64,000 bases of DNA from contig NW_005434637.1 of the NCBI RefSeq assembly GCF_000315625.1, forward strand, positions 246,671 to 310,670, in the 5' to 3' direction. The stretch comes from Guillardia theta CCMP2712 (lineage: Eukaryota; Protista; Cryptophyta). Below the pieces are notes generated by a model. That model saw only the letters and a list, made by a program, of their open reading frames with translations. It did not search any database and was not told the origin of the DNA. Of the stretch, positions 36,312 to 47,441 are shown one piece after another (the first letter of the stretch is position 1; each line of letters starts with the position of its first letter). Position numbers and translations under genes: made by a program.

Positions 36312-39157
36312 TTACACAGAGCTGTTGATCTTGTTGTAGCCTTGCCTGACAGCCCGCCTTTGGTAAAGATGAAGACTGATCATTCCTAGCAGGATCATAA
36401 AGCAGAAGCTCAGGCTCCCTGCCATACCGGCTCCACTCCACACTCCTCGTTCCGAAGATGAGACCTGCATGCGCTCCATGGCTCTAAGTTTCGACCTGCT
36501 GGCTCGTGCTGCTGCTGGGGCCTGTAGAGATCCTTGCTTCTTCCCATAGATAACCAGATACGAGCGCATGCGGATCTCAGCCGGAAAGCCTTGGTCGACA
36601 CAATCGTCACCGACGCATGCAGCAGGATCGTACTGGCTGTTGTTGAAGAGGCCGGAGTATGTGATGATAGCCTGGAGCCCTGGCTTCACTGACGACGTCA
36701 CATCCACCACCCACGGGCTGACTGCACTGCCTGGACACCAACCAGCCCTTCCAAACTGCCAAGTGCCATACTGGTTGGGAGTGACGCCCTCTGAAACTTT
36801 CCTAGCACATCCCATCTCGCTCCCTGCCCCGTCCAGCGATGTCTCGTACACGTGCTCATCACTTGACGCGTACGTTTCACCGTCGATCTCCACTCCTTGT
36901 CGCAGGCTGAATCGATGCTGAGTGACGCAAAACTCAGCACAGTTCTCGTTGTCCTCTCCCCATCCATGACCAGTGATGACCGAGTGAATTTCTGCTCGGC
37001 TGGTCAGGTAAGGGATGTCAATGTTCATGGGTCGATGCCTTGAGTTGTACTCTTGATCAAAAATTCCTCCATGGAACAGAGGAATCGACAGGAGGGGCTG
37101 CTCATGGATCCCTGAAGACGAAAAGACAAAACGAACGTCTGCAAGGTACTTCTGCTGCGACCAGTAAGGCTGCTTCAGAAGGAAATAATGCCTCCCGCCA
37201 CCCATTAGAAGGGGGAGAGTCGCTGTAGCATCGATCATCCACTTGCCGGGGCGGGAGTAGGGGGTCACGAACCTCCCCATCTCGAAATCACAGGACCCAA
37301 CTGAGGTTGCCTTGCCCCACGAGGTCTGAGATAGAGTCTTTTCATTGGCCTTGCACAACAAGAGTTGGACCACGTAATCCCATTCCCCGCAGTCCTTGTC
37401 GGCGCCCCCTGGGCAATCTAGCGAAGCGTACACTTCAAGTTTGTCAAAATCCTTCATCGTTGCCTCATCCGGTAACTCGACAACACTGTAAAGCCCGCTG
37501 CCGCCACTGAAAAGAATTCCACTTTCCTTCTGTTTCGACTGCTCCAACACTGGAACTATGAGGGCATTCGGTTGAGACAGCTTTTGTTCCAGATTTCGCT
37601 CATACGCGTAATATTCCCCTTCAAGAGCAAGAAACGTGAGTGCAAAACTCTCCTCAGCTCCTCTTGGAGGAATCTGCCCAATTTCCCGCAGACGTGAAAA
37701 GTGATCCAATCCAACAAAGTGCTGAATCGCATTTTTCAGGGAGAAACGGTTTGTTACTGTGACTCTCTTCTTCAGCAAATTCAGAACCTGGAATTACGAT
37801 TAGCCCGCAAACATCTCCAAAGATAGAAGGGAGACAACCTCCCCTCCGGCTTCATGGCTCATCATCACAGCTGGTATCTTCAATCCTGCGCTTTTACAGG
37901 GATCGGGCGAGCCGCATGAGAGCGAGACCATATCGCTGCGTGGTAAAGTGAGCAGGACGTCCTCTATCAGTCTTGCCTTACCCGTCCTCCGAATTCACGA
38001 TTACCACGGCACTTGCACCATGATTTTGAGCCAGCCGAACCTTCTCGAAGAAGGCGCATTTTCCTCTCCTGACAACAGCGATCTTTCCTGCACTCAAGGT
38101 GTAAAGCTTCCAAATCCTCCATCTCTTCCCACCTTGGACACTTTCTTGCGGGTTGTCAGAGTCATCGCATGCCAGCCCTCCCCAGTTGGCAAACTGCATT
38201 TCCAGAAAAATATTCTGAGTCAGCTCCACCATTTTGTACCAGTCTGTAGATTAAACCTCTAGTGGATCTGTCTGCTCTTGCAGCAACTCTCGAATGCTAG
38301 GAAGCCAACCTGTGACAGTTCTCAGACCTTTCACAGAAAATGGTCGACAGGGATGAAATGAGACAGCTGACCTGTATCGCCCTTGGCCTCCACTTTCTTG
38401 GTATGCAATTTACCGTTCTCGGACCAAGAGATCTGCATCAAAGGTTCCTCCCCGCCCCACTCATTCACTGCCTGAAAGACGAGGTTGTCGTAATATTGCT
38501 TCTGGCAAATCTCTCTTTTGAGATGGCACCGCGGCTGGATCGCCTCCGTCATGAAGTGGAGTTGACCCTTCACTTCCTCGTACCCCGACGTTCTCTGCAT
38601 CTGTTCCTGTATGGTCTGCAACTTGTCCATGCTGTCAGCTTGTGCACCGAAAACAAAATGTGTCTGCTGAGGAACAGCCCTGACAAGCACAACGATCAGA
38701 CAACGATCCTGCCGGTCCATGAGCAAGTCTTCAATCACCTGAAGAATGAGCCGAACGAAGAAGCCTCAAGCAAATCATCCAGGTTTTGGTCGTCGGACAC
38801 GATAAGGAAGATATAGGCCCTTTTCTCTCCCGGCTGGACCCGCAACATTCCATTCTTTGTCTTGATATCGAAGGGGGCACAATGACTGAGCGGGAGAGGA
38901 AGCTGGTGGTCCATGTTCGAGCTCGGAACCTCCGGGGATTCAGCTACCTCGTCCATACCGTCCAGCATGTGTGCACTTCTCCCTTTTCGAGCTGCCCGTC
39001 GCTCTAACCAGCGACTGGCCAACAGAGGACGAAGCTGCTCCCTCCTCCTCATTCTTGCTGCCATTGTCTCAGCATGAGAATAGCGAACTCGCTCCGCCGC
39101 TGCCTCTGCCGCCATGTTCACCAAGAGGAAGAAGAGAAGCTGCATGCAGAGCTGCAT
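36312..39157 (-). CDS. type I membrane protein with PA domain and PNGase F-like domains
   Basis: Signal peptide; PA motif GKIAVVRRGKCAFFEKVRLAQNHGASAVVIVN; PNGase F motifs CGEWDY, EMGRFVTPY, ITGHGWG, CAEFC, GTWQFGRAGWCPG; C-terminal TM FCFMILLGMISLHLY. Confidence 0.85.
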
Positions 39158-39312
39158 GGCGGAGCAGATGGCGAACAAAAATGGATCTCAAGGATACTGG
39201 GCGAGCACGAAGGGTCAGGGAAAAGGGAAGACTGCGCGGGGATGTGGGGGGGAGGAAACAGAAATAAACGAGTTGAGTAAAACCGCGTGTGTCGGGGAAG
39301 TTTTGACCGAAA

Positions 39313-40944
39313 ATGGTGAGCGTGTTGAGTTCCGCGATGGGAGAGGGGAGAGGGGGAGAGGCAGAGAGGAGAAGAGAGCAGAGAGCAGAGAGCAGAGAGC
39401 AGAGAGCAGAGAGCAGAGAGCAGATGTGCTGGGGGGTAGCAGGATGAGATGTGAGGAGCGAGGGGAGGTGGGATGAGATGTGAAGAGATATGGGGGAGGT
39501 TTTGCAGGCCTGCCATGTGACAACAATGATAGTCGGCAGACATTGGTCTCGTGATCAAATGGATTCCCGACAAGAAGGTCTACAGGATCATCGGCTTCCA
39601 TACCAATGGCTCGGCGAAACAGACGGGGATGTTGAACATCAACGACACGCTGCTTGAGGTGACTTCGTTGACTGACCTAATTGTCTCCCAACGTTGATGG
39701 ACCCCTGAAGGTCAACAAGGAGAGCGTCTCCGGACTCGCGCAGAAGGATGTTGAGGCGAAGCTGAGAGGGGAGCCAGGATCGAAAGTCAGGCTCAAGGTT
39801 TCGAGAGGGGATGATTCGTTTCATTGCACGATCGGAAGGACGGACCTTCACTCTTTCGTCGTCAAGAAGACGAAGGAGGCGCCAGTCAAGGAGCCAGAGC
39901 CTAAGAAGAAGAAGCTGACTGACCGGGAGAAGGCCGACAAGCTGCTCAACCAGGTGAATCCTGCCGATGCATCCTCCCATGTAACACTTCCTGCCTTCAT
40001 AGGGAACTGGAAAGTACTCTGGCGCCTCCTTCGGCAGCGCGCTCGAGAAAGTCAGCGACAGGGAGGCGTCAAGGATACGAGGGCAGACACAGAAAGAGCA
40101 TGAGCGAGTGCAGGCAGAGGCAGACCGACTGTACGAGGAGACGGTGAAGAAGGACAGGGAGGAGCAGGACAAGAACGTCCATGACTCTGTGGTCAGAAAC
40201 TTCAACTCTTGTCGTGCAGCAGTCCCCTCAGGCCTGAGAGATTTTGTCTGCAGAACCGCTTCTGTGATCAATGCGGGGCGCCGAGGCAAGAGAAGAAGGC
40301 TCCGGTAGAGAAGCAGGCTCCGGTGCAAGAGGGCAAGGTAGGAGAATGCCTGAACCGCCATTTCCTGACTTGTCCTGTCCTATCAAGGAAAACCATTTCG
40401 CTCTGGGAGATTGCATGCGTCCGAGGAAAGCGGAAGAACCTGCCAAGAAAGTTGAGGAGGTAGCAGATCTCCTAGCAGGCGCTGGTTGAAGTGCTGTGCC
40501 AGAAGCCCTGGTGGAGCTGGAGCTCGGACAGCTCGAAGAGCAATGCTAAGAGCGCGTCAGGAGGAGGATGGTTTACGAAGGTGAACGGTGGTTTCCTATT
40601 CCTGATCATGAGCATCCGGGAACAGAAGGATGAAAAACCGCAGAAGAGCCGTTTCAAAGATCGGCTGAATCAGGCCAAGGTAGGGAGATCAGCAAGATTC
40701 GGACATCCTTTGAAAGTGACCTTACTCGTGCAGTTTTCATTTGCAATGTCTATCATTGATTACCGAATACGGAAGACCAACGAAGAATTCATGGCGGTCA
40801 TCACAGGGGTTTGACTTCCATAATTGCTCTAGGGATTTCTTGTTGACTTGAAAGCAGAAATCAAAGGATTCAAAGTCGAAGAAATCACCGAAGACCAAAG
40901 ATGACTCAAAGTCTTCCTTCTGGAATTTTTCATCAGGCAAGTAA
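39313..40944 (+). CDS. PDZ-domain protein with a probable C-terminal hydrophobic segment
   Basis: ATG|intron (contains (GCAGAGA)n)|SADIGLVIKW...GSAKQTGMLNINDTLLE|VNKESVSG...LRGEPGSKVRLKVSR is PDZ-like; later exons are low complexity. Confidence 0.6.
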
Positions 40945-41049
40945 TTCGATTGCTTTCAACTCGATTGCAACAGCATCCATCTGTTCTTTAGTTTGCGCTT
41001 CCTTCACATCTCCACCATGTAATCTATTGATATTGATTGAGATCGGTTT

Positions 41050-42889
41050 GTAAAGCCAAGTCTTCATAACTTGATTAGCTATTGGGTATCTCCTCCCTCA
41101 CCCTTGCAGTGGGCATGCCTCACTTTAAGGAAGACACTTGTAGATCACATGATTCAAGCTTGTATCGAAAACGTTCGGTCATTTTGCAGTTTATACAGTG
41201 TTTTCAAAACTTCTCAAAAGGTTGTTCGCTTTGTTCCAGGACTTCTGGACTTGGATGTTATGTACTTCTTCCAACAACCTTGTTGAGGCATAAATAATCA
41301 GAAACAAGTATAAGATGACGAACAAGACTTACTCATCCTTTTGCAGCCTAATCTGTGTCGCATGAAAATGTCTCTCTTTTTTCAAGCTGTCCAGCATTCG
41401 CTCCCTTTCTTTCTTCTTCTCCTCAAGGTGATTGAGTTTCTTCTCAAGATCACTCTGCATCCTTGACTCCAACATCCTTGACCTCTGCACATTCCTCTTT
41501 GCGACTTCACTCTTCAACTTGCTCAACTCTGATTTCACGAGCAAGTCGAGTTTGCGCTTTTCCTCGCAGGCAGCCAAGTTCTCTTCAACGGTTTTCATGT
41601 GGTCCATGATCTGCATATTCACAAGTCAGGAGAGCAGTGGAAGGAATATATCATGGTGAAGACCAGAGAAGCCTTTTCTTGTAGGATGTTCTCTTTCTTC
41701 TTCTGTATCTCGACGATCTTCTTCTTCTTCTCATTCTCTTTCTGCCTTCGCTCCTGCATCATGCTCACTGGAAACATCAAAGTTAGACATGCCAGGTGTT
41801 TGTTCAAACCTTGGCGATTTCTCTCTGTCGCTCCAACCTCTGTTGTTCCTTCTTCTCCACTTCTGCCTGTTTCCTCTTGTACGCAGCCACAAGGGCTCTA
41901 GCCTTGTCTTCGGCCGACTTGGCAGCTTCTTGTCTCCTCCGTTCAGCCTCGAAAAGTTTGTCGCTGCTGTTTCTCGTGTCATCCATCCAGTCTTCCTGTC
42001 TCTTCTTGGCTTGCTCTTCCTTCCTCTTGAGGTTTTCAAGAATACGGTTGGTATGCTCCTTCAATTCCTCTTCTTTCTTGTTGATGTTGTCTTGGATTCG
42101 CTGTTGTTTCGTCATTTCGCTCCTGCGTTTCTCCTCTGCCTCCTTCTCGTAAGACGCTCTCAGTGTGTCGATCCTCTGCGTCAGAGCCTCGTCCAGCTCC
42201 TTCATCTTCTTCTTCCGCTCCTCCTGCTCGACTATGTTTCTCTGTTCCATCTCATTCTTCCGTTTGATGAGCTCCTCTTGCTTCTTTATCATCTGCTTGC
42301 GACGAAAGTCAGCCCGAACCTTGGCTTCCGTCTCCCTCCTTCTCTGTGCCTCAAGGAGATTGACGTTGCTCTGTGCAAGAACTTGTCACGAGCAGCAACT
42401 CCCTCCCTCCCTCCCTCCCTCCCTCACCACTTTGCTGACTGCAGATATATCCCTCAGCTTCCTCGCTGCGATCTTGATCGCCTCTGCCTTCCCTCGCTCC
42501 ACCTGCGTCTTAGACTTGGAGAGCTCCTGGTGAATCCATGACAGCTCCAGAGGGTCCTCTTTCTCCTGCCTCTCCATGCTCCCACCGCCGCTGCTCTCCA
42601 GCAACCGAGGCAGCCTGGCTCGGCAATCGTTGATCGCTCTCCACTTGGCCATGCGGCTCTTCTCGTAGACGGCATAGCGCACTTGCTGCTGCTCGGGCAC
42701 GAGGCCGGGAGCGCGGAAGCTGTCGAAGGCCCGGGGTTTGAGCTCAAGAGGGTCGATCAGGAGCTGCTGACAAGCCTGGAGGAACCGAGGGGACCTGACG
42801 TCTGACAGCAGCTGTGCGTCGTTGACAGGCTCGAAGGGAACAGGGCATCCTGCTAGAGGATCCTCCTCCTTCTTGTCTTCTTTCACCAT
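41050..42889 (-). CDS. coiled-coil protein, CCDC177/DUF4659-like
   Basis: N-terminal SPRFLQACQQLLIDPLELKPR...RYAVYEKSR motif followed by E/K/R-rich coiled coil; 3' end approximate. Confidence 0.55.
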
Positions 42890-43069
42890 CGAGCTTCAAG
42901 TTGCTTCCGCAACGTCAGTCCATGCCCGCTCCCCCCAGCATTCCGAAGTTCACCCGCTCACGGTCCGATCGCCGATAACGGCAACGCTCCCTGTAGGACA
43001 GCAACTCCCCGAGTAATCTGTGTAAGCACCCCTATTTTACTCATTACAGTTAACTAATGATTACAAGCC

Positions 43070-43350
43070 TCAGCCCCAGTTGCCGTACGGCCAGACCTTC
43101 CCGGGCCCGTCAGCAGGCTTGTCCGACTGTACGGTCCCCGGTCCACTGGCCGGGCGGCCGGGCGGCCGCCCGGCGCAACTTGACCCTGCTAGCCTACTAG
43201 CGGCTGAGTAAACAAGAGGCTACAGTCGTGCTTACTCAGCCTTTTCTCAGCCTAGTAGGCTTGCCCTCATCCCGCACACTGCAGCTTGCCCTCATCCCCT
43301 CTTCCCCGCAGTTCAGCTGACCTGTCAGCCGACCCTCCGTCAGTGCACTT
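43070..43350. repeat. GC-rich intergenic island
   Basis: GGCCGGGCGGCCG runs; inverted pair GCTGAGTAA/TTACTCAGC; short duplication GCTTGCCCTCATCCC. Confidence 0.5.
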
Positions 43351-43479
43351 TTGCCCACTTTCAGATTTCATTGTTCCAAATTTTGCGATAAAATTATCTT
43401 ATAAAATTTCAAAATTGAAAATATAAGAATTGAGATTGTTCTTAGCTGGCAGGTCTGGGCCGACACTGGCAGAGCGAGG

Positions 43480-45456
43480 ATGAAGCGACAAGTCGCGAGC
43501 GGTGGGGACGAGGAGGAGAGTTTTGCTGCTGCCAAACGATTCAGACGACTGCAACCCAGCGATGAAGGCTTCTGGAACTCTGTCAAGATATGTTACGGTC
43601 ACTCAGACGCGGTGTCAAGCATCGCATGCTCTCCTATGGGAAACTTGATTGCATCAGGCTCTTGGGACAAGACAGTAAGGATCTGGAACAAAACAAGCCT
43701 CCAAGAGATATGCTGCATGAAAGGCCATCTACATCGAGTAACTTGCGTTGCATTTCCCCTAGATTCAACAGAAGAAGTTGTGGCTTCTGCTTCTGAGGAT
43801 GGCACAATCAGAACGTGGGAGGTGAGGAGCGGAAGTGAATTGAGACGTTTCAAGGGGCATACAGGCAACGTCACAAGCATTGCATGGTCTCCCACCTCGG
43901 ATAGGATTGCCTCAGCGTCTGAGGACAAGACAGTGAGGATATGGGAGGTAAGCAGTGGGAAGGAAATCAAGATTTGTCGAGGACATCAAGACAAAATTAC
44001 AAGCCTGGCATGGTCGCCCGATGGGACAATGATTGCCACGGGTTCTATGGATTATACAGTGAGGATATGGAGGGAGGACGATGAGAATGAGATCAAATGC
44101 TTTCGAGCAGATGAAGCAGGTCGATGGATCCCAAGAATGGTACCTCTAGCGTGGTTTCTCAACAATGCCGACGGATCCGGCATAAGGAGCGTCGCATGGT
44201 CGACGTGCGGGAAGATGATTGCCTCAGGGTGCTCGGACACGACAATCAGAATATGGGATGTAAATAAAAACAAACAGATCCATTGCTGTGAGGGACACAA
44301 ACGATTCGTTACCAGTGTCGCATGGTCTAAGAATGGAGATCTTGTCTCGAGTTCTGAAGATGGCTCAGTGAGGATATGGCAAAAAAGAAAGAGATTGTTT
44401 TTGTCTTGGCCACAAAATCTCTGCGGTCACAATCTGAATTCTGCTCCTGTGAACAGCGTTGCATGGTCTCCTAATGAACTGAGTATCGTCATGGGCTCCA
44501 GCAACAATACTGTCAGAATCTGGCAGAAAGATTGTTGGCAAGTTGTAAAAAGGTATGAAGTACACAAGAATGAAGTCGCAAGTGTTGCATGGTCCCCAGA
44601 TGGACAGATGATTGCCACTGGATCTGAGGATAAGATGTTGCGGACACATAGTTTTACCAATCCAGACGAGAAAACCCTTTATGAAGGACATGCTGGAAGC
44701 GTCATGACCGTAGCATGGTCTCCTTGTGGAAGCCTCATTGCCTCGGGCTCGGAAGACAAGATCATCAGCTTGTGGAATAGCAAAAGCAGCGACAAAGTCA
44801 GAGACTTGGTGGGACATGAGGAGACGATCACGAGTCTCTCTTGGTCTCCTGATGGGGCAAAGCTTGCGTCAGGGTCCTGGGACACGACTCTCAGGATTTG
44901 GAAGGTCAGCACCGGCAGGAAGGAAAGGTGCTTCAAAGGTCATGCGCATCGCGTGTCGAGTGTCGCTTGGTCTCCGGATGGGAAGACCATCGCCACAGCT
45001 TCATGGGACAAGACTGTGAGGATCTGGGAGGTCAGCAGCGGAAAGTCTAGCCAACACTGTTGCAGTAAAACTGCTGCCTTGACAAGCGTCGCTTGGTCAC
45101 CAGACGGGAAGATGATTGTAACTTTGTCTGGTGAAGGAATTGTGGCTGTGTGGAAGGTAAGCAGCTGGGCTTCACAAAACTGTTTCATTCCAGACAGGAC
45201 GGCTGTGGTGACAAGCGTTGCTTGGTCACCAGATGGAAGTACGATCGCTTGTGGGTGTGAGAATGGTCAGGTCACCATGTTAGATGTGATGATGGACCCC
45301 TGGACTAATGCCACAGTGACGACTCTGAAGCTTGATAGAAGCAAGAGAGCAAAGATCGTGCACTTGGCCTGGTCAAGTGATGCGTGTTATGTCGCTTGTG
45401 GGTCAGATGACGGCACCATCACCATCATTCGGGACGCAGCCTCAGTCCTCAAGTGA
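43480..45456 (+). CDS. WD40-repeat protein (about 14 repeats), intronless
   Basis: 658-aa ORF with repeated GH...VxSVAWSPDG..IASGS.DKTVRIW. Confidence 0.93.
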   Translation: MKRQVASGGDEEESFAAAKRFRRLQPSDEGFWNSVKICYGHSDAVSSIACSPMGNLIASGSWDKTVRIWNKTSLQEICCMKGHLHRVTCVAFPLDSTEEVVASASEDGTIRTWEVRSGSELRRFKGHTGNVTSIAWSPTSDRIASASEDKTVRIWEVSSGKEIKICRGHQDKITSLAWSPDGTMIATGSMDYTVRIWREDDENEIKCFRADEAGRWIPRMVPLAWFLNNADGSGIRSVAWSTCGKMIASGCSDTTIRIWDVNKNKQIHCCEGHKRFVTSVAWSKNGDLVSSSEDGSVRIWQKRKRLFLSWPQNLCGHNLNSAPVNSVAWSPNELSIVMGSSNNTVRIWQKDCWQVVKRYEVHKNEVASVAWSPDGQMIATGSEDKMLRTHSFTNPDEKTLYEGHAGSVMTVAWSPCGSLIASGSEDKIISLWNSKSSDKVRDLVGHEETITSLSWSPDGAKLASGSWDTTLRIWKVSTGRKERCFKGHAHRVSSVAWSPDGKTIATASWDKTVRIWEVSSGKSSQHCCSKTAALTSVAWSPDGKMIVTLSGEGIVAVWKVSSWASQNCFIPDRTAVVTSVAWSPDGSTIACGCENGQVTMLDVMMDPWTNATVTTLKLDRSKRAKIVHLAWSSDACYVACGSDDGTITIIRDAASVLK

Positions 45457-45594
45457 AACAGCCGCGGCAAAGCCCATCTGAAAACGGATCACTGAGCCCG
45501 ATTGGGTGGTCGAGATGGTGAACCGTTGTAGTAGTGAGGGCGGCTGCCACCGTGACCCGCAGCCTGGCACAGTGGCGCGGCAGAGTCACGTCAA

Positions 45595-47240
45595 TCAATG
45601 ATGGAACTCCGAGTGACTGCCGTCACCGTTCCAGTGTAGTAGGAATAAACTTTCACTGCATATCATCATGGTAGTATACATGTTTTGGAACCGATCTTGA
45701 CCAGCTCTTGGCAGTCGTTCCGAAGTTCCACCACCTCGCCCGGTTGTGGCAGGCCATGGGGCCGGCTGGGCAAGCATCTCATCGAGTCCTTGCGGCTACT
45801 CAATTGCTGTATGAAGAAGTACAGTCCGTGTCGTCTCTGTGGAGGGAGACAGGTCAAGGTCAGCCCGTCGACGAGAATCGCAAGCGATCAAGTTACCTCT
45901 CTTCGCGCAGACTCGAGTCGGGCGATGGCTGCGAAAGTATGTCATGCAGTCACCGCAGACAGCCGATCGTAACCTCGTAGTCTCCATCATGGGTTGACAT
46001 GGACAAGTCTTCATGGCGGCCTGCCATCGCTCTCCCACCTCCAAGACTTCGGCACCTGCCTTGAGTGAGTGCATGCGCGTTCGCCAGCTGCATACACACC
46101 CGTGATGCCCTTTGCTCTTGTGGGCTGCGCAGAAGAACAGGCCGCATTTCTTGCACTGATACCTCTCCATCTTCCTTATGAACCAGTTCCTGCAGGTGTC
46201 AACGTCCAGTTATTGTTGAGCAGGCGCGCAACAACTGTCTGTACTTGCTGAAGAGCTTGTTGCAGTAATTGCACCTTTTCCTGATATTCGACCCGTGTGC
46301 TGCTGAACAAACATTCATCAGGATGTCTTTTTGGGGGAGAAAGAAAAAATCCGCAGGATTTCAACTCACATGCTGAAAATTCTTCAATCGAAGTTGGCTG
46401 TATTTCCCTCTCTGTCTCTTGCATGGATTGTCTAACAATCTTCTTTGCGGTCGCATGATCAAGAGTGATCGGAGCTCCTGCTGTGCCATCGGCATGCTGC
46501 TTCGGAATCTGAGCTTGAGCTTGTCTCCCAGTCTCGTTCGTTGGCCTTGTGCTGGATTGCGATCTTGCTGCTGGGCGCAGAGGATCAGGAAACAAAGAAT
46601 AGCTCCATTTCGTCCTTACAATCCGTCCTCGATGGTTGGTCTTTCGATCTCTTCATGCCATTCCCCTGTTGAGAATTCTCAATAGTTTGCTGAAATAACA
46701 TGATGCTGAGGTACCGATTGCTGCACACAACCTCTTGCAGCTGCACCACCAGTAGAATTGGTATGGTACGGTCCCTTCACAGTCATTCAGCGAACCGCAA
46801 ACACTCTCTCACTGTAACACCTCGTCCGAATCTTCGAAGCAATCTTCGAAGTCGTCAGCCAATGCTGAGTCGCTGTGGCTCTTCAGTAGTGATTCTACAA
46901 TCAAGAAACATTCAGCAACCTTCAGATCCCACAGTCTGATGTCACCTTTGATTGATGGTGGAAATGTAGCACACTTGTTCGCTTGTTCTCCTTGAACCCC
47001 AGCGAGCGCTGATAGCGCTTGCATGATTTCTGCTCTCTTGGCTTCCATGTTTGCCTTTCGAACTTTACTGCTGTCCGACCTCAAATTTTGAAGGGATGTG
47101 TGCGATTTTGACTTGGTCGGTCCATTTGCTTTCTTTGACGCAGTACCGCTGGCGTTCTCATTTGACTGCGACTGGACCAAGTTCGGCACTCTTATCTTTT
47201 TCACCATCTTCCCAACTTGCAACCTTGCATTCAGAGTTCC
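45595..47240 (-). CDS. region ending in an AN1-like zinc finger; probable cytosolic tail of the upstream STIM-like gene, or a separate gene
   Basis: YQCKKCGLFFCAAHKSKGHHGC. The first ORF opens right after an AG acceptor at 47241, in frame with the upstream donor at 47441. Confidence 0.5.
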
Positions 47241-47441
47241 CTAGCACCCAAATATATCAATGCAAGGAGTTTGTTGAAAAACACTTCAAATATGAAGAGG
47301 AAGAACGCGCACCGAAACGTGAGTGTGACACTTACAAACTAATATATAGACGATTAGGAAAGAATTTGGGGTGTGCGGGGTTGGGGACTGAGAAACAAGA
47401 GGGAAGGACAAACACGCTTGACAACAGAAATTGGGGCATAC

